A stretch of DNA of 64,000 nucleotides, from assembly GCA_964016885.1 (NCBI GenBank), contig OZ024741.1:992001-1056000 (forward strand), written 5' to 3'. Position numbers and translations under genes: made by a program. Below are positions 26,350-40,700 of this stretch, in pieces. Each line of letters opens with the position of its first letter. The first letter of the stretch is position 1. The notes under the pieces are model-generated. The model was not told the origin of the DNA. It ran no database searches and worked only from the letters and a program-made list of their open reading frames with translations. This DNA is from Eledone cirrhosa (lineage: Eukaryota).

Positions 26350-29107
26350 ATGGTTTCTTTATTGGCCACAAGGGCTAACACGAAGAAAAACATTAGAGAC
26401 GGCACAGAACAGTACAAGACGATACAAAGTGGGTTTTGGTCGAGTAAACAAGTTATAACAAAATCGGGCTAGAAATCAAAAAAATTCAAACAACAAAAAT
26501 TCCCCCAAAAGGGGGAAACCTCTGAGGGTCACTCGTGGCGAAAACCAAACAAAAAGACCACGGCCACCCTGACCACCAGGGCAAGCGCCCTCTCTCCTCA
26601 GTCTACAGGCACATACTCAGAGCGGGCCCGTTCACTCGGACCAGACTCGCCACTTTCACCCACCTTTCAACAAACTTACTTGCTTCCACTTGCCTCTCCA
26701 CCCTGATTTTATCTTCAAGTGAAACTTGAAAAAGTTAATCAGGGATTGGCCGGAGAGGAAAGTGTCCGTCTTCAACCCTTTCAACCTTGTCCCCGACACA
26801 ATCTCTTTTGCCATGGCCACCAGGCAGATGAAAACTGCCTGTTTTCCTACTCTCTAAAGGAGGATGGTAGGGTTATCTGCACAATAACCGGATCCGTCCT
26901 ACACGTGACAGCAACTGTTCGACATAGCCCCACAAGTCAGCAATTCTCTGGCACTGTACGAGTGCGTGGACAACGGTTTCGTCGCCCGGTGCGCATCTCG
27001 GACAGGTTCGGCTGACAGCACCTCCGTGTCTGTAGAGCTTATTCCGAACCAGCAATGCTCCCCGGTAGTACTGCCAGGCTAGGGATTTCTGGAAGTTGTC
27101 CATAGGCCTCGGGCTGAAATTTCTCTTGAAGAGAGCGAACGGTTGATAGTCTTCGACGCCAAGCGTCTCCCCGAGAACATCGTCGCTCTTCCCCTCCATT
27201 ATCCCTCTATAGAACGCCGACGTGGATGTTCCACCGATACTAATGCCCACCTGGTAGAGGGCGGTGAGCGCTTGGAGACATTCCATCTTCCAAGCGCTAT
27301 CCCTCGATCTTTTCCTGATCCAGGACTGCAGCTCCGTCAAGGAGATGAGCTGGGGGAAAGGGCGTCTGGCAAACGGACGGTGATCACACCTGTTCATCGT
27401 CAAGGAAGCACCAGAGATGTCGCAGCTTCAGCGCATGTTTGCGCATCATCAGTCACGGCATGCCCATCCTCTACGCGGATGGTGTTGACAGCAGATGGAT
27501 GGTCTGACCATGGGAGCACGTCCCTTCCATAAAAAGGGGAAGAGAAGGCGCTCCATTTTGGTGAGAGTTGGTCGGGGGCAAGGTACGACAGTCAGGCGGT
27601 AGCAGATGACAACGCGATGTACGCATTCGCCACCTCCACCCGACCTTTCAGGTGAGATAGGCCACCCTGCTCGTCACCTCGCGCCAGTTTTTCTCCATCT
27701 GGAGGTCCGGACCGAACCAGACCCCGAGCAATTAAACCAGTCCTTCCGTCCAGCGCCCCACGATGCTCTCGGACAGCATGGACTTGCCTCTCCAGGTGCC
27801 GAGTTGCTAGCCCACCGACTTTTCCTGCTTTATCTTTGCTCCTGTCACCACTTGGTATTCCTTGAGAGCAGTGCCGAGCATCTGGACGTGTTTGGTGCTC
27901 GACACCACCACGGTAACGTCGTCGGCGTAGCTGACACGGATCGCCCACATCCCCGTTCGCGTGGGACACACCTCATCATCTCCAATTTGTGCTGTAACGG
28001 CTCGAGGACCAATAAGTACAAGGGGGACGAGAGGGGGAAACCCTGGCGGACCCACCGCATGATGCTGAACGGCTGCGACAGGTGACCATTCACCCTCACA
28101 ATCGAGCAGATGCGCTGTGCATCACAGCGATTCAGCCCCTAAAAACGGGCCACCCTGACCTTTGCAATTCTTTTCCCCGCAGTAAAACGGGACTAAAGTT
28201 ATGTCATCACTCCACAGGGTACTTAGTGAGTGCGATTTTGCTTCCTGGGTGGTAGCAAAAAGGACGTTCACGGTAGCATATTTCTTGCCACGGGTGATGT
28301 GGGTTTTCCGTGTCCACACAATCCCTAAGGCCATTTGAATTTGTGCTTCCGCGGCTCTCTCCACACGACGCGATTTCGTGGCAATCGTGCGGTATGACAC
28401 TGTGCGTCGCTCTTGTTTCTCCTGGAAGTCGGCTGGTGGTTTCAAGGACACTGAAAATTCAGTTCTGGTTACCATGTGTCTTGCGACCGCCATCTCCTCC
28501 TCTGTGACCAGGACTGTCTCTACCTTGCGTGTCACACTAGCAAAAGAGGTGGTCCCCTTTTCAATGGCACCATTGTTGCTGCCGCTACTGCTGCTACTGG
28601 TCTTGTTGTTGGTGCTGTTGCTGTTGCTAGTGCTACAAATGGTGTTGTTGGTGTTGCTGCTGCTGCTGCAACTGGTACCACTGATGTTACTGTTACTGCT
28701 GCTGCTGTTGCTGCTACCTCCTTTGTTGTCATTGTTGCCAAATGCATCAGCAGCAGCCGCTTCCCGACCGCCGCTTGATGAAGAAAAGGATGAAATGGCA
28801 TTTGCCTGACTTTCACTACGTGACGATGAAGAAGACGTAAAGGAAAGTGAGACTCTACACTGACAGCTTGGTGAAGAAGGAAGTTTTGAATGAAGACAAG
28901 GTAGAGAAAGATAGCTTGGAGAAGCAAAGTTCAAATCGGTATTTAGCCCCAGAGGGTTAAATACCGATTAATTTCGACCACCTCAAGAGAAGCGGGGTGT
29001 GTTTAAACACAAAACAATATACATTTTTACAATAAGTTCGCAATAAAAACTGTTCAAAAATCACAAACCGACGAGAGCAAAATTTCCTGCCACCTGTATA
29101 CTTCCAC
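26350..29107 (-). mobile_element. Tx1-clade LINE (b) with large internal deletion
   Basis: The 5' UTR and ORF1 N-terminus (28155-28930) join directly to the RT C-terminal half (VRQGFPLS, SYADDVT, CPRC..ETVVHAL). (AAT)n at both ends. Confidence 0.85.
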
Positions 29108-29134
29108 AATAATAATAATAATAATAAAAAATAT

Positions 29135-31147
29135 AATATCCTTCCACCCAAAACTGATAGCCATATTCAATAACTATTTGGTGTTGGGTGAAGTACCAGA
29201 GTGGTTGACAAAAGGTACCACAGTTCTGGAAATGAAAGACCGAATCAAGGGTAATGATATTACCAACTATAAGCCTATCACATGTCTGTCCATAATGTGG
29301 AAACTGTTAACAAGCATTGTGTCTGAGGAAATCTACCATCACCTCCACATAAACAACTTGTTACCGGACGAACAGAAAGGATGCCGAAAGAAGTCCCGTG
29401 GTACAAAAGACCAGTTACTTATTGACAAGATGGTAATGAGGAATAAAGAGGAGGCATACTGGTCTTGCCATGGGATGGATAGATTACAAGAAGGCATTCG
29501 ACATGGGACCTCATTCTTGGATAACCAAAAGCCTAGATATCTTCAAGGTGGCAGACAACATCAGACAGCTATTAAGTAAAAGTATGAAGTTCTGGGAAAC
29601 AGAGTTAACATCAGGTGGAGAATCCTTGGGAGGCGTGAAGATCAAGAGAGGTATCTTCCAAGGAGATAGTTTGTCCTTACCTCATACCCTTGTCCCTCAT
29701 ATTGCGAAAAGAGAAAGCAGGATATAAGCAGGGAAGAGGAGAGCTTACTATCAACCACCTCCTCTTCATGGACGATTTAAAACTCTTTGGGAAAAGCGGG
29801 AAGGAGTTGGATGTATTGTTAACACTGTCCGTATTTTCATCAATGATATATGTATGGAATTTGGTGTTAATAAGTGTGGAGCCCTAGTGATGAAGAGGGG
29901 TAAATTGAACAGAAGCAACGGAATCCAGGTACCAACAGGTGAGATGATGAAGGAAATTGACACTGAAGAGGGCTACAGGTATTTGGTTATTCTGGAGGCA
30001 GATTGCATCAAGAACAATAAAATGAAGGAATTGAAAAGATCTGAATGCATAAGGAGTGTAAGGATACTAAAATCACATCTAAATAGTAGGAATGTCATAA
30101 GTGCAGTAAATTCCCGAGCTGTGTCTATTATTAGGTACAGCGCGGAAATTCTCAAATGGAATGTTACTGAACAAAAAGAAATGGATAGAAAGACTAGGAA
30201 GCTAATGACTACCTACAGCATGTTCCACAAGAGGAGTGATGTTGATAGACTCTACTTAAAGAGATCTGAAGGTGGAAGAGGTCTTATCAGTATAGAGGAC
30301 TGTGTTCAGATGGAGAAAAGCAGTCTGTACAAATATGTGTCTGAGAGTAGGGAACCAATGCTCAAAGTTGTACTGAAAGAGAAGACAATATTCCAGAGGA
30401 TGTTCAAGGAAATAACAACAAGGAGGAAGAGCAACCTTCATGAAAGATCCCTTCATAGCACCTTCTTTTAGAAAGCGGAATTCAGAGATCCACAGATATG
30501 AAGCTAGTTAAAAAGAGGAGACCTTAAAAAAGGGAGGAAGCTAGCTCACTGTGTAGGATCTGTGAAGTGAGAGAGGAGACTGTGGCTCACATCGTATCCG
30601 AGTGTAAACACCTAGCCCAGACTCACTATAAAGGCTAGAGGTATGATATAATAGGAAAGGTGATTCACTGGCATTTATGCAAACTAAACAATTTGCTTCT
30701 GAGAAGTGGTATAAGACGGTGACAGAAAACGATCAAATGAAGGTGCTATGGGATTTCAGGATACAGACAGAGAAGAAATTAAAACACAATAGACCTGACC
30801 TGGTGGTTTTTGACAAGGAAAAAGATCGTGCCTAATTGTAGATGTAGCCTGCCCAAGAGTGCAAGAAAAAGAGGAGAAAATTAACCGATACCAGGACCTA
30901 AAGTGGGAATTAAAAAGGATTTGGAACTGCCAGGAGATCAAGGTCGTCCCGATTGTCATAGGAGCACTAGGTACTATCTCAAAGAGTTTTCAAGGATGGT
31001 TAAAGAACATTAGTGCAGCTCCCATTTTTGGAACACTTCAAAAGGCCTGCTTGCTGGGAACAGCAAGAACCCTCCGATACGTCCTGAATATCTGAAGCTG
31101 CAGGTAGCGGCTTGATGTTCATTTGAACAAATTTTACAGTTAAATAT
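29135..31147 (+). mobile_element. Dong/R4-like non-LTR retrotransposon, 5'-truncated and decayed
   Basis: RT (NYKPITCL, WIDYKKAFD, GIFQGDSLS, LFMDDLKL), GGRGL, CRIC..ETVAHI, RPDL endonuclease, LQKACLLGTARTLR. Ends in (AAT)n. Confidence 0.88.
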
Positions 31148-31166
31148 CATTAATGACTAAGACTCC

Positions 31167-31216
<50 letters not shown>

Positions 31217-31219
<3 letters not shown>

Positions 31220-34200
31220 TTTCATTTATTAGCCACAAGGGCCGACATGTAGGGGACAATACAAAGACAGGGACAGTGGGGGTTTACAATAAGGTCGAGT
31301 AAAAGTGCACAATGGCAAGACTAATTTAACAATGAAAATATAAAAATATAAAATAAACTATGCATAAATATAACAAAATAAATTCCCCGATAGGGAGTGG
31401 ACGACCCTGGGGAGATTCGGGTACCCCACCAATCCTGAACCACCCTGCGCTTCTAGGGCACCCAGGAGAGCACCCCTCTCCTCAAGTTAGCCAGCCTATA
31501 TGCGCATGGTCAGAGTAGGCCCATTCACACGAGCCATTCTCGCCACATTCACCCACCTTTTAGCAAATGTACTGGGGGGCAGCACTTCTCTCTCCACCCT
31601 CACCCTCCTTTCCAGGTGAAACTTGAAGAAGTTGATGAGGGATTGGCCGAAGAGAAAAGTGTCTGTCTTTAGTCCTTTCAACCTGGTCCACCATATAATC
31701 TCTTTCGCAACTGCCACCAGACAGAGGAAAATGTCCTGCTCTTCCTGACCTAAGGAAGGTGGCGGCTCGATCTTCACTATGGACTCGGCCGATAGCCGGA
31801 TTCGTTCCACACGCGACAGTAGCTGTTCGACATAACTCCACAAGTCAGTAATGCACGGACATTGGACAAGTGCGTGCAGAACGGTTTCGTCGTTCTGTGC
31901 GCATCTTGGGCAGGTCCGTCTGACAGCATTTCCGTGCCTGTAGAGTTTATCCCGAACCGGCAGTGCCCCCCGGTAGCACTGCCAAGCGAGGGATTTCTGG
32001 AAATTGTCCATCGTCCCCGGCTCAAAAGTCCTCCGGTACAGACTGGTCAGTTCGACTTCGTCGAGGCCCAAAGGTTCTCCGAGTGCGTCATCGCACTTGC
32101 CCACCACTAATCCTCTATAGAACTCGAGAGTGGCAGTTCCACTGATCGCATTGCCCGCTTGGTAGAGGGCAGTGAATGCCTGGCAACATTCCAGGTGCCA
32201 GTCACCCAGTCTCGGTCTCTTCTTGACCCAGGACTGCATGCAGCTCAGTCAAAGAAATGAGCTGCGGAAAGGCCCGTCTGATAAACGGCGACCACACCTG
32301 TTCACCATTGAGGCAGAATATCTGGAGATGTCGCAGCCTCAACGCATGTCTGCGCATCATTAGCCACGGCATGCCCAGCCCTCCGCGTAGAGGGTGCTGG
32401 ACCGCCTCACCAACGGAACTTGTCCCCTCCACAAGAATTTGAAGAGGAGCCGTTCCAACTTGACGAGGCGCGGACGGGGGCAAGGCACGACGGTTAGGCG
32501 GTAGTAGATGACGGACGCTATGTACGCATTCGCCACCTCCGCGCGACCTTTCAGTGATAGCTTCCTCCCAGCCCATTTTTGGGTGAGACTGGCTACTCTG
32601 CTCGTTACCTCGTCCCAATTCTTTTCCACCTGGAGGTCTGGTCCGAACCAAACCCCGAACAACTTTACTGGTCCGTCCGTCCAGCGTCCCACGACGCTGT
32701 TGGATGGTATGGGCTTGCCTCTCCAGGTTCCGAGCTGCAAGCCCACCGACTTTTCCGGGTTAAGTTTGGCTCCTGTCAACCTTTCATATTCCTTCAATAA
32801 GCTGCCGACCACCTCGTTCTCTGAGGTGTTCGACACCATCACGGTGATTTCGTCCGCATAAGCCGACACCGCCTTTCCACGTCCCGGTTCGAGCGGGATG
32901 CCCTGCAACAGCTCCAGCTTCCGCAGTAAAGGCTCGAGAGTCAATACGTACAGAAGGGAAGAGAGAGGGCACCCTTGATGGACCGATCGGGAGAGCCGAA
33001 AAGGTTCCGAGAGGTGGCCATTAACCTTGACCACCGAACGTGTGCCGCTGTGCATGCAGCGATCCAGCTTCTGAAGAGAGGGCCGAAGCCAGCTGCTCTG
33101 AGGACAAACTCCAAATACCGATGGTCGACCCTATCGAATGCTTTCGATTGATCTAAATTGATCAGTGCCCCACCGAAGCCAGGTTTACACCCTACTCTCT
33201 CTATGATGTATCGCATGAGGTCGAGATTGTCGTGTATGGACCTGGCTGGGATTGCGCAAGCTTGCGCCTCCCCAACTAAATCCTCGACGACAAGCGCCAA
33301 TCTCTTTGCTAATACCTTGGCCAGAATCTTAAACTCTGTGTTGAGCAGAGTTATGGGCCTGAAGTTGTCTAATGTATCCCTCTAGTTCTCGTCTTTCCTT
33401 ATCAGTGTCACCACTCCCCTGCTCACAGAACTGGGAATACTCCCATTCTGCTGCCAGTTGCAGTAGAGTGCTTCGAGGAGATCGGAGAACAAGTCTGGCA
33501 TATTTACGTAAAGCTCGTAGGGCAGGCCATCCAAACCGGGTGACTTGCGCCTCATGCAGCCGACAAGGGCGTCCTGAATTTCGGCTGAACTAATCGGCCT
33601 TTCGCATCGCTCAGCGTCGACCGTCGAGATGCGCGGCAAGCCGTCAAGGTAGGGACTGAAATCCGCTACTCTCTCTGACTCGCCACTCTCCCCGAACAAC
33701 CGAGCAAAGTGCTGGCGAAAGGCCTCACACATCCGCTTGGAATCGCTTATCTCGTGTCCGTCTCGGTACGCCAAAGACCGAATTGTGGTTTTATTACCAT
33801 GCTGCGCCTCCGCCACGCGGGCCCATCGAACAGCTTTGGTTCCCTCGTTTCTCAGCGCACGCGCCTTAGCTCTGACAATGCAACCTTCGTGTTTCGCATT
33901 GAAGAAATGGTCTAATGCCATTCTCGCCGCTAGCACGTCAGTTGCAATGCCACTACAAATAGCCTCGTCTAACTTATCTACCAGCTCCCCCTCCTTTCTA
34001 TTTTTCTCTAACGCTAGTTCTTTGCTGAACTCTATCAAAGTTACTCTAATCTCTCTTTTGAGAGCCCCCCACCAGCTGTTGTTGATGATCCCCCCTGTCA
34101 ACTTTTGCTTAACTAAATTGTTGACTCGGTCCCTGTAAGCCTTACGTGCCGGAAATGACATGTTCAGCTTCCAGTAACCCGGTCCTAACCTACGCGTTTT

Positions 34201-34821
34201 ATTTAGGTCGACCGTACAGATCACAAATTTGTGATCTGAATAGGCGACTGTTTTAAAAAGTGGGCAGCCCACACTATTTCTATCTATTTTCCTAATGAAG
34301 ATCCTGTCTATATACGATCTAGATGACCCCATTCGGTTGGTCCATGTTCATACTGGCACATTGGGGAAATCTAGTCGATACCTGTCAGACAGTTGGAACT
34401 GGCTGAGTAGGTGCTTGAGGCTTTTGCACCACCCGCTCCTATCGGCTACTCCCACACAATCCTAGCGTGCGTCTAAGATGCTATTCCAGTCCCCCGCTAA
34501 TAGTAAAGGGCGAGACGTACCCAGAAAGTGCTCCAGGCGCCTAAAGAAGTCCGGTCGTCCGGCCCCTGTAGGGGCGTAGACGGCCAGCAGTCTAAAGGCA
34601 CCACCTTCGCTACTGCTCACATCCAAGACCACCAACTTAACGTCCAGGTCCCGGAAGATCGACCTTACCTTGATATCCAGTCCTTTCCTAAGCAGCACTG
34701 CCACTCCACCCCCATTCCCGGCCTGCTAACAGATGCGAAGATCTGATAGTCGTCGAAAATGGAGGCTGGTGCGCGCGTGTCGGAAATTGTGGTCTCGCTG
34801 ACGGCAATCACATACATTTCC
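31217..34821 (-). mobile_element. Tx1-clade LINE (c), ORF2 frameshifted, 5'-truncated in APE
   Basis: APE (AVSET, LAGDWN, SDH), RT (LDQSKAFDRVDH, QGCPLS, AYADE), C-terminal CPRC..ETVLH. (AAT)n on both sides. Confidence 0.92.
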
Positions 34822-34871
<50 letters not shown>

Positions 34872-35139
34872 TTTCTTTATTGGCCGCAAGGGCTGATATC
34901 AAGAAAAACATTACAGACGGCACAGGACGGTACAGGACGGTACGATGTGGGTTTTGTGCGTGTAAATATTTTTATTATTTATATAAGAAAAGAAAAAAAA
35001 GGAGATAGAAACATATATATATATAAACAATAAAAATGAAAATTGAAACAATGAAGGTTACTCGTGGCGAAAACCACACAAAAGACCACGGCCACCCTGA
35101 CCACCAGGGCAAGCACCCTCTCTCAATTTTTCCATCTCT

Positions 35140-38100
35140 CAAACTACAGACGTATATTCAGAGTGGTCCCGTTCACTCGGACAATTCTCCCTACATTCAC
35201 CCACCTTTCAACAAAATTGCTAGAACGCAGGTCTTGCCTCTCCACCCTGATTTTCCTCTTAAGTTAATTAGGGATTCGCCGAAGAGGAAAGTGTCTGTCT
35301 TTAACCCTTTTAACCTTGGCCTCCACACAATCTCTTTCGCCATGGCCACCAGGCAGATGAAAACCGCCTGCCCTTCCTCCTCGAAGGAAGACGGCGTGAC
35401 CATCTGCACAATGGACTCAGTCGACAACCGGATGAGTCCTACACGCGACAGCAACTGTTCGACATAGCTCCACAAGTCAGCAATGCTCGGGCACTGAACA
35501 AGTGCGTGCACGATGGTTTCGTCGCTCTGCGCGCATCTCGGACAGGCTCGGCTGACGGCACTTCCGTGCCTGTAGAGCTTATCTCGAACCGGCAGCGCTC
35601 CCCGGTAGCACTGCCAGGCCAGGGATTTTTGGAAGTTATCCATAGGCCCCGGGCTGAAATATCTCCGGAAGAGAGCAAACAGCTGATCTTCTTCGGCGCC
35701 CAGGATCTCTCCGAGAATGTCGTCACTCTTCCCCTCCACTAGACCTCTATAGAACGCCGTGGTGGATGTTCCACCGATACTGGTGCCCAGCTGGTAGACG
35801 GCAGTGAGCGCCTGGAGACATTCCAGTTTCCAAGCGCTATCCCTCGGTCTTTTTCTGACCCAGGACTGCAGCTCCGTCAAGGAGATGAGCTGTGGGAAAA
35901 CGTGCCTGGCGAACGGTGACCACACCTGTTCACCATCAAGGAAGCACCAAAGATGTCGCAGCCTCAGCGCATGTTTGCGCATCATCAGCCATGGCATGCC
36001 CAGTCCTCCACGCAACGGGTGTTGACAGCAGATGGATCGTCTTACCATGGAAGCGCGTCCCTTCCACAAAAAGCGGAAGAGGAGGCGCTCCATTTTGGTG
36101 AGAGTTGGGCTGGAGCAAGAGACGACGGTGAGGCGGTAGCAGATGACGGATGCGATGTACGCATTCGCCACCTCCGCCCGGCCTTTCAGGGACAGCTTCC
36201 TCTCGGCCCATTTCTGGGTGAGAGAGGTCACCCTGCTCGTCACCTCATTCCAGTTTTTCTCCATCTGGAGGTCCGGTCCGAACCAGACCCCGAGCAATTT
36301 AACCGGTCCGTCCGTCCAACGCCCCACGACGCTGTCGGACGGCATGGACTTGCCTCTCCAGGTGCCGAGCTGCAAGGCCACCGACTTTTCCTGGTTTATC
36401 TTTGCTCCTGTCATCGCTTCGTATTCCTTGAGAGCGGTGCCGAGCATCTTGACGTGTCTGGTGCTCGACACCACCACGGTGACGTCGTCAGCGTAAGCCG
36501 ACTCGGATTTCCCGCATCCTACTTCGCGTGGGACGCCCCTCATCGCCCCCATTTTCTGCAGTAACGGCTCGAGAGCCAATACGTACAAGAGGGACGAGAG
36601 GGGACAACCCTGGCGGACTGAGCGCATGATGCTGAACGGCAGAGACAGGTAACCGTTCACCCTCACAACTTAGCAGATGTCGCTGTACATTGCTGCGATC
36701 CAACCCCTGAAAACGGGCCCGAAACCGGCTGCCTCGAGGACCGCCGCCAGGTACCGATGGTCGACCCTATCGAATGCTTTGGATTGATCCAAGTTGATCA
36801 GGGCCCCGCCCGTGCCAGGTTACTTAACCACCCTCTCTATGATGTATCGCATGAGGTGGGGGTTGTCGTGTATGGATCTGTCCGGAATGGCGCATGTCTG
36901 CGCCTCTCCCACCAGACTCTTGACAACAAGCGCCAACCTCGTTGCTAACACCTTGGCCAAAATCTTGAACTCTGCGTTTAGCAGGGTTATGGGCCTGAAA
37001 TTATCGATAACATCCCCCTTGTTCGGGTCTTTTCTCAGCAGCGCCACTGCTCCCCGGCTCACAAAACTGGGAATGCTCCCGTTCTGCTGCCAGTTGCAGT
37101 AGATGTCTGCCAAGAGGTCACCGAACAAGTCTGGCATAAATGCATAAGGTTCGTAGGGCAGACCATCCAAACCTGGCGATTTACCCCTTGTGCAGTTAGC
37201 CATCGCTTCCCGTATTTCACCGGCTGTTATTGGCTTTTCGCAACACTGTGCTGCGGTCGTCGAGAGCCGAGGCAGTCCGTCGAGGTATGCACTGAAGTCC
37301 ATGCCCCTATCCGGGCCTCCGCCGCTCCCGAACAGTTCAGCAAAGTGCTGCTGAAAAGCTTCACACATCTGCTCGGGTTCGAGCATCACGCATCCGTTTT
37401 GGTCAGACAAAGACCGAATTGTGGCTTTGTTGCCACGTCGCGCCTCTGCCAGCCGGGCCCATTGGACGGCTTTTGTCCCCTCGTGTTTCAGAGCACGCGC
37501 TCTAGCTCTGACAACGCAGCCTTCGTGTTTTGCGTTGAAGAATTGGTCGAGTGCCAATCTCACCGGAAGCACGTCGGTTGCGATGTCTGTCCTGAACACC
37601 TCTTCTAGCTTTCTGACTAGATCTCCTTCTACTCTATTTTCCTCTATCACTACTCCTTTGCTAAACCTAATCGACTCTACTTTAATTGCCCTTTTCAGGG
37701 CGAACCACTACCTGTTGTTGACGACCGCTCCCGTCAACGCCCGCTTAACTAATACGCTAATCCGGTCTCTGTAGGCTTTGCGCGCCGGGAAAGACGCGTT
37801 CGGCTTCCAGTAACCAGGCCCTTGTCTATGAAGTCTGTCTATGTCGATCTCACAGATCACAAATTTGTGGTCTGTGTAGTCGAATATTTTAAATTGTGGA
37901 CAACTTATTCTAGCCTTATCTAGTTCTCTGCAGAATACCCTATCGAGATACGATCTGGATGACCCGATGCGGTTTGTCCATGTCCACATTGGCACATTCG
38001 GGTGATCCAGTCGATACCTGTCAGACAGTTCAAAACGTTTGAGCAGGTTGGTGAGGCTCTTGCACCCTCCTCCCCTATCCACTAGCCCCACACAATCCCA

Positions 38101-38529
38101 GCGTGCATCCAAGATACCGTTCCAGTCGCCCACTAACACTAAAGAGCGGGACGTTCCAAGAAAGGTCTCTAGACGTCTGAAGAAAGCTGACTGTCCTGCC
38201 TTTGTTGGGGCGTAGACGGCTACTAGCCTGAAAGCATTGCCTTCGCTGCCGGTCACGTCCAGCACCACCGACTTACCTTCTGGGTCTAGGAAGATGGCCC
38301 GTATCGCGAGATCCAAGCCTCTCCGAAAAAGGACGGCAACCCCTCCCCCCGATCCTGGACGGCTGGGAGATGCGTATAGATCGTAGCCGCCGAAGATCGG
38401 TGCGAAGGCCTGTGCTTCGGAGATTCTGGTTTCACTGATGGCCACCACATCTATGTTTAGTGACCTGAGGTCGTTGAGCAGGTGACCCTGCTTCCAAGAT
38501 GACCCCAGGCCTATTCGGAGTACGGCCAT
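35140..38529 (-). pseudogene. Tx1 ORF2 (APE-RT)
   Basis: ORF pieces 37708-38529, 36820-37650 and 35197-36666 give collinear APE, RT and C-terminal domains. Confidence 0.9.
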
Positions 38530-38561
38530 GTTGGATGAGAAACGGAGCAAGTGAGAAAGGG

Positions 38562-40480
38562 TCACTTACCTTGATCGTGTGGTGAAGTAGAACCGTCCCT
38601 TTCGCTGGTCATGGGTGTTTCCAAGAGGATGTCAGTGTATATCCTCTTGGCAACCGACCCTCTGAAGTCTCCAACTGCGTTGGGGAATTTTTGTTTTAAA
38701 GGTTTGTACTGTTCTATTGAGATTTCGATGATGCTTATGTTTGTCGGGAGAGTTCTTGTTGTTGGTGGGGTGTAGTAGTTTTTTTCTGTGATGTCTGTGT
38801 GCTGCTTTATATATTGTATGAGTTCTTTTTTTGCCATGTTTATGGCTGTGTACTTTTTTTTTGGAGGGGGGGGGGGGGGTGTTGCTGTTTTTTTCTTGTT
38901 GTTTGGTGTGTGTGTCTTGTTGTGTTTGCGTTGTTGATGTTATTTGGTGATGCTGGTGGTGGTGGTGTGGTTGTTGTTGTCAGTGGTGCTTGTGGTGGTG
39001 ATGGTGGTGGTGTTGCTGCAAGTTTCCTTGCTGCCTTTACCCCTCTTTGTATGCCTTCGTTTTTGGAGGGTGAATTTAAGGGTTTTTTGTTTTTTGTTTT
39101 TTGTGGCAGACCGTTTGCCACTTCACTCCCGCCTCAAACTCCATGTCGTATTCTGTGGCGTCTGGGAGGGGTATGTGCTCCACGGCTGTTGGTGGTGGTA
39201 GTGGAGCCCTCTTCGGCAATGTTGTTGCTGGTGTAGCTACTTCAAATGTAGCTATTGGTGTTGCCGCCACTGATAATGCTGCTTTAGTTGTCCGTGGCCT
39301 TGGTACGGGTGCTACGGACGTTGCCCTCCTACTCACCGTGCAAGGGGCTTCTTCGTTTGTTGCCTGCCCTGTTCTTGGTAGCAGCGGACCAGGTATTGGA
39401 AGCAGAGGGGCCTTCTTCGCTGTCTTCTGCGGGCAAAAGGCCCTGAGGTGACCCTTCGACCCACAGAGATAACAATTTGACCGTCTTCCTTCTACACTTA
39501 TAGGGAGTTGGAGTCCTTTCTCGATGTCTATGATATCGGGGATAGCGTCGATACATTCCTGGTCAGTTTGTATAAGCATTTGCATGCCTATACCTGACCA
39601 GTTCTCTCTCCCTATTTTTTCTATTTGCAGCATGGTCGTCCTGTTCTCGATTCCAGCAAGGACAAGCGCGGCCAGCCAAGGTATGGGCACGTTGGGTGGG
39701 ACCTGGGTCACCTTGACCCTCACAATTTTCTGCCCGCAGTAGGAGGGCACCAAGACTATCTCCTCATTCTTTAGGGTTTCCAAAGAGTGAGACTTTGCTT
39801 CCTGGGGGGGGGGGGGGGCGAAAAGTACGTCTACTGTGGCGTACTTTCTGCTTCGGGTGATATGGGTTTTGCGTGCCCAGACGCACCCCAAGGCCTTTTG
39901 GATTCGAGCCTCCGTGGCTCTCTCCACCCGATGTGAGATTTTGCTTACGGTGCGGTAAGTCACCGTCCGTAGCTGCTGGTCCTTGAAAAAATCGGCTGTA
40001 GGTTTCAGGGAGACTCTATTGGCGCTTCTTGTCACCATGGCGCTTGCGACTGCCATCTCCTCCTCTGTGACTAACACTGTCTCAATATTTCGAGCGACAT
40101 CTGCAAAAGAAGTGGTCCCTTTTTCACCAGCAACACTATTGCTGCCGCTACTGGTTTTACTGCTGGTGCTGAGATCGCTATTACAGGTATCGGTGTCATT
40201 GTTGTTGTTTTCGTTGGTACAGTTGTTGGTGTTGTTGTTGTTATTTTCGTTGATACTGTTGCTGTTGTTACTGTTATTGTCGCTGTTGTTATTATTGTTG
40301 TTTTTGTTGATACTGTTCCTACTATTATTGTTGTTGTGGCTGTTGTTATTGTCATTGTTATTGTCGTTCTCGACCTTACCGCTGTTATTTTTGTTATTGT
40401 CTTTCTCGACTTTACCGCTGTTATATTTGTTGTTGCTATTGTTATTGATGGTGTTGTTGTTGGTGTTATTGTTGGTGTTG
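38562..40480 (-). pseudogene. Tx1 ORF1 (gag-like CCHC), frameshifted at poly-C and poly-A runs
   Basis: Asn/Thr-rich N-terminus, EGRRSNCYLCGSKGHLRAFCP, Pro/Thr-rich C-terminus. Confidence 0.8.
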
Positions 40481-40530
40481 TTTGTGTTAGAAATATTTGT
40501 TAATTTTAAAACAACAACAATTAATAATAA

Positions 40531-40700
40531 TTGTTTCTACTTTTGGCACAAGGCCAGCAAAAACCCAGTGCATTACTGGTACTGTATTTTATCGACCCCG
40601 TAAAGATGAAAGGTAAAGTTAACCTCAGCGGAATTTGAACTCAGATCGTAAAGGGCCGTAGCTATATGCTTTAATGCATAGCGTATGACCCTCTACCGAG
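40531..40700 (-). mobile_element. tRNA-derived SINE
   Basis: Reverse complement of the 17748 family (B-box, GGGTCGATAAAATA core, CCTTGTGCC tail) next to (AAT)n. Confidence 0.75.

Larger units (their letters stand above)
34869..40500 (-). mobile_element. Tx1-clade LINE (d), near full length (ORF1 plus ORF2)
   Basis: ORF1 has zinc knuckle CYLCGSKGHLRAFC (39076-40077). ORF2 starts at ATG 38529 with APE, RT (AYADDVT) and a C-terminal Cys motif. A few stops and frameshifts. Confidence 0.93.

Noticed and set aside
35953-36564. Long antisense ORFs over LINE ORF2 regions
   Set aside because: These are shadow frames of GC-rich retrotransposon coding sequence.
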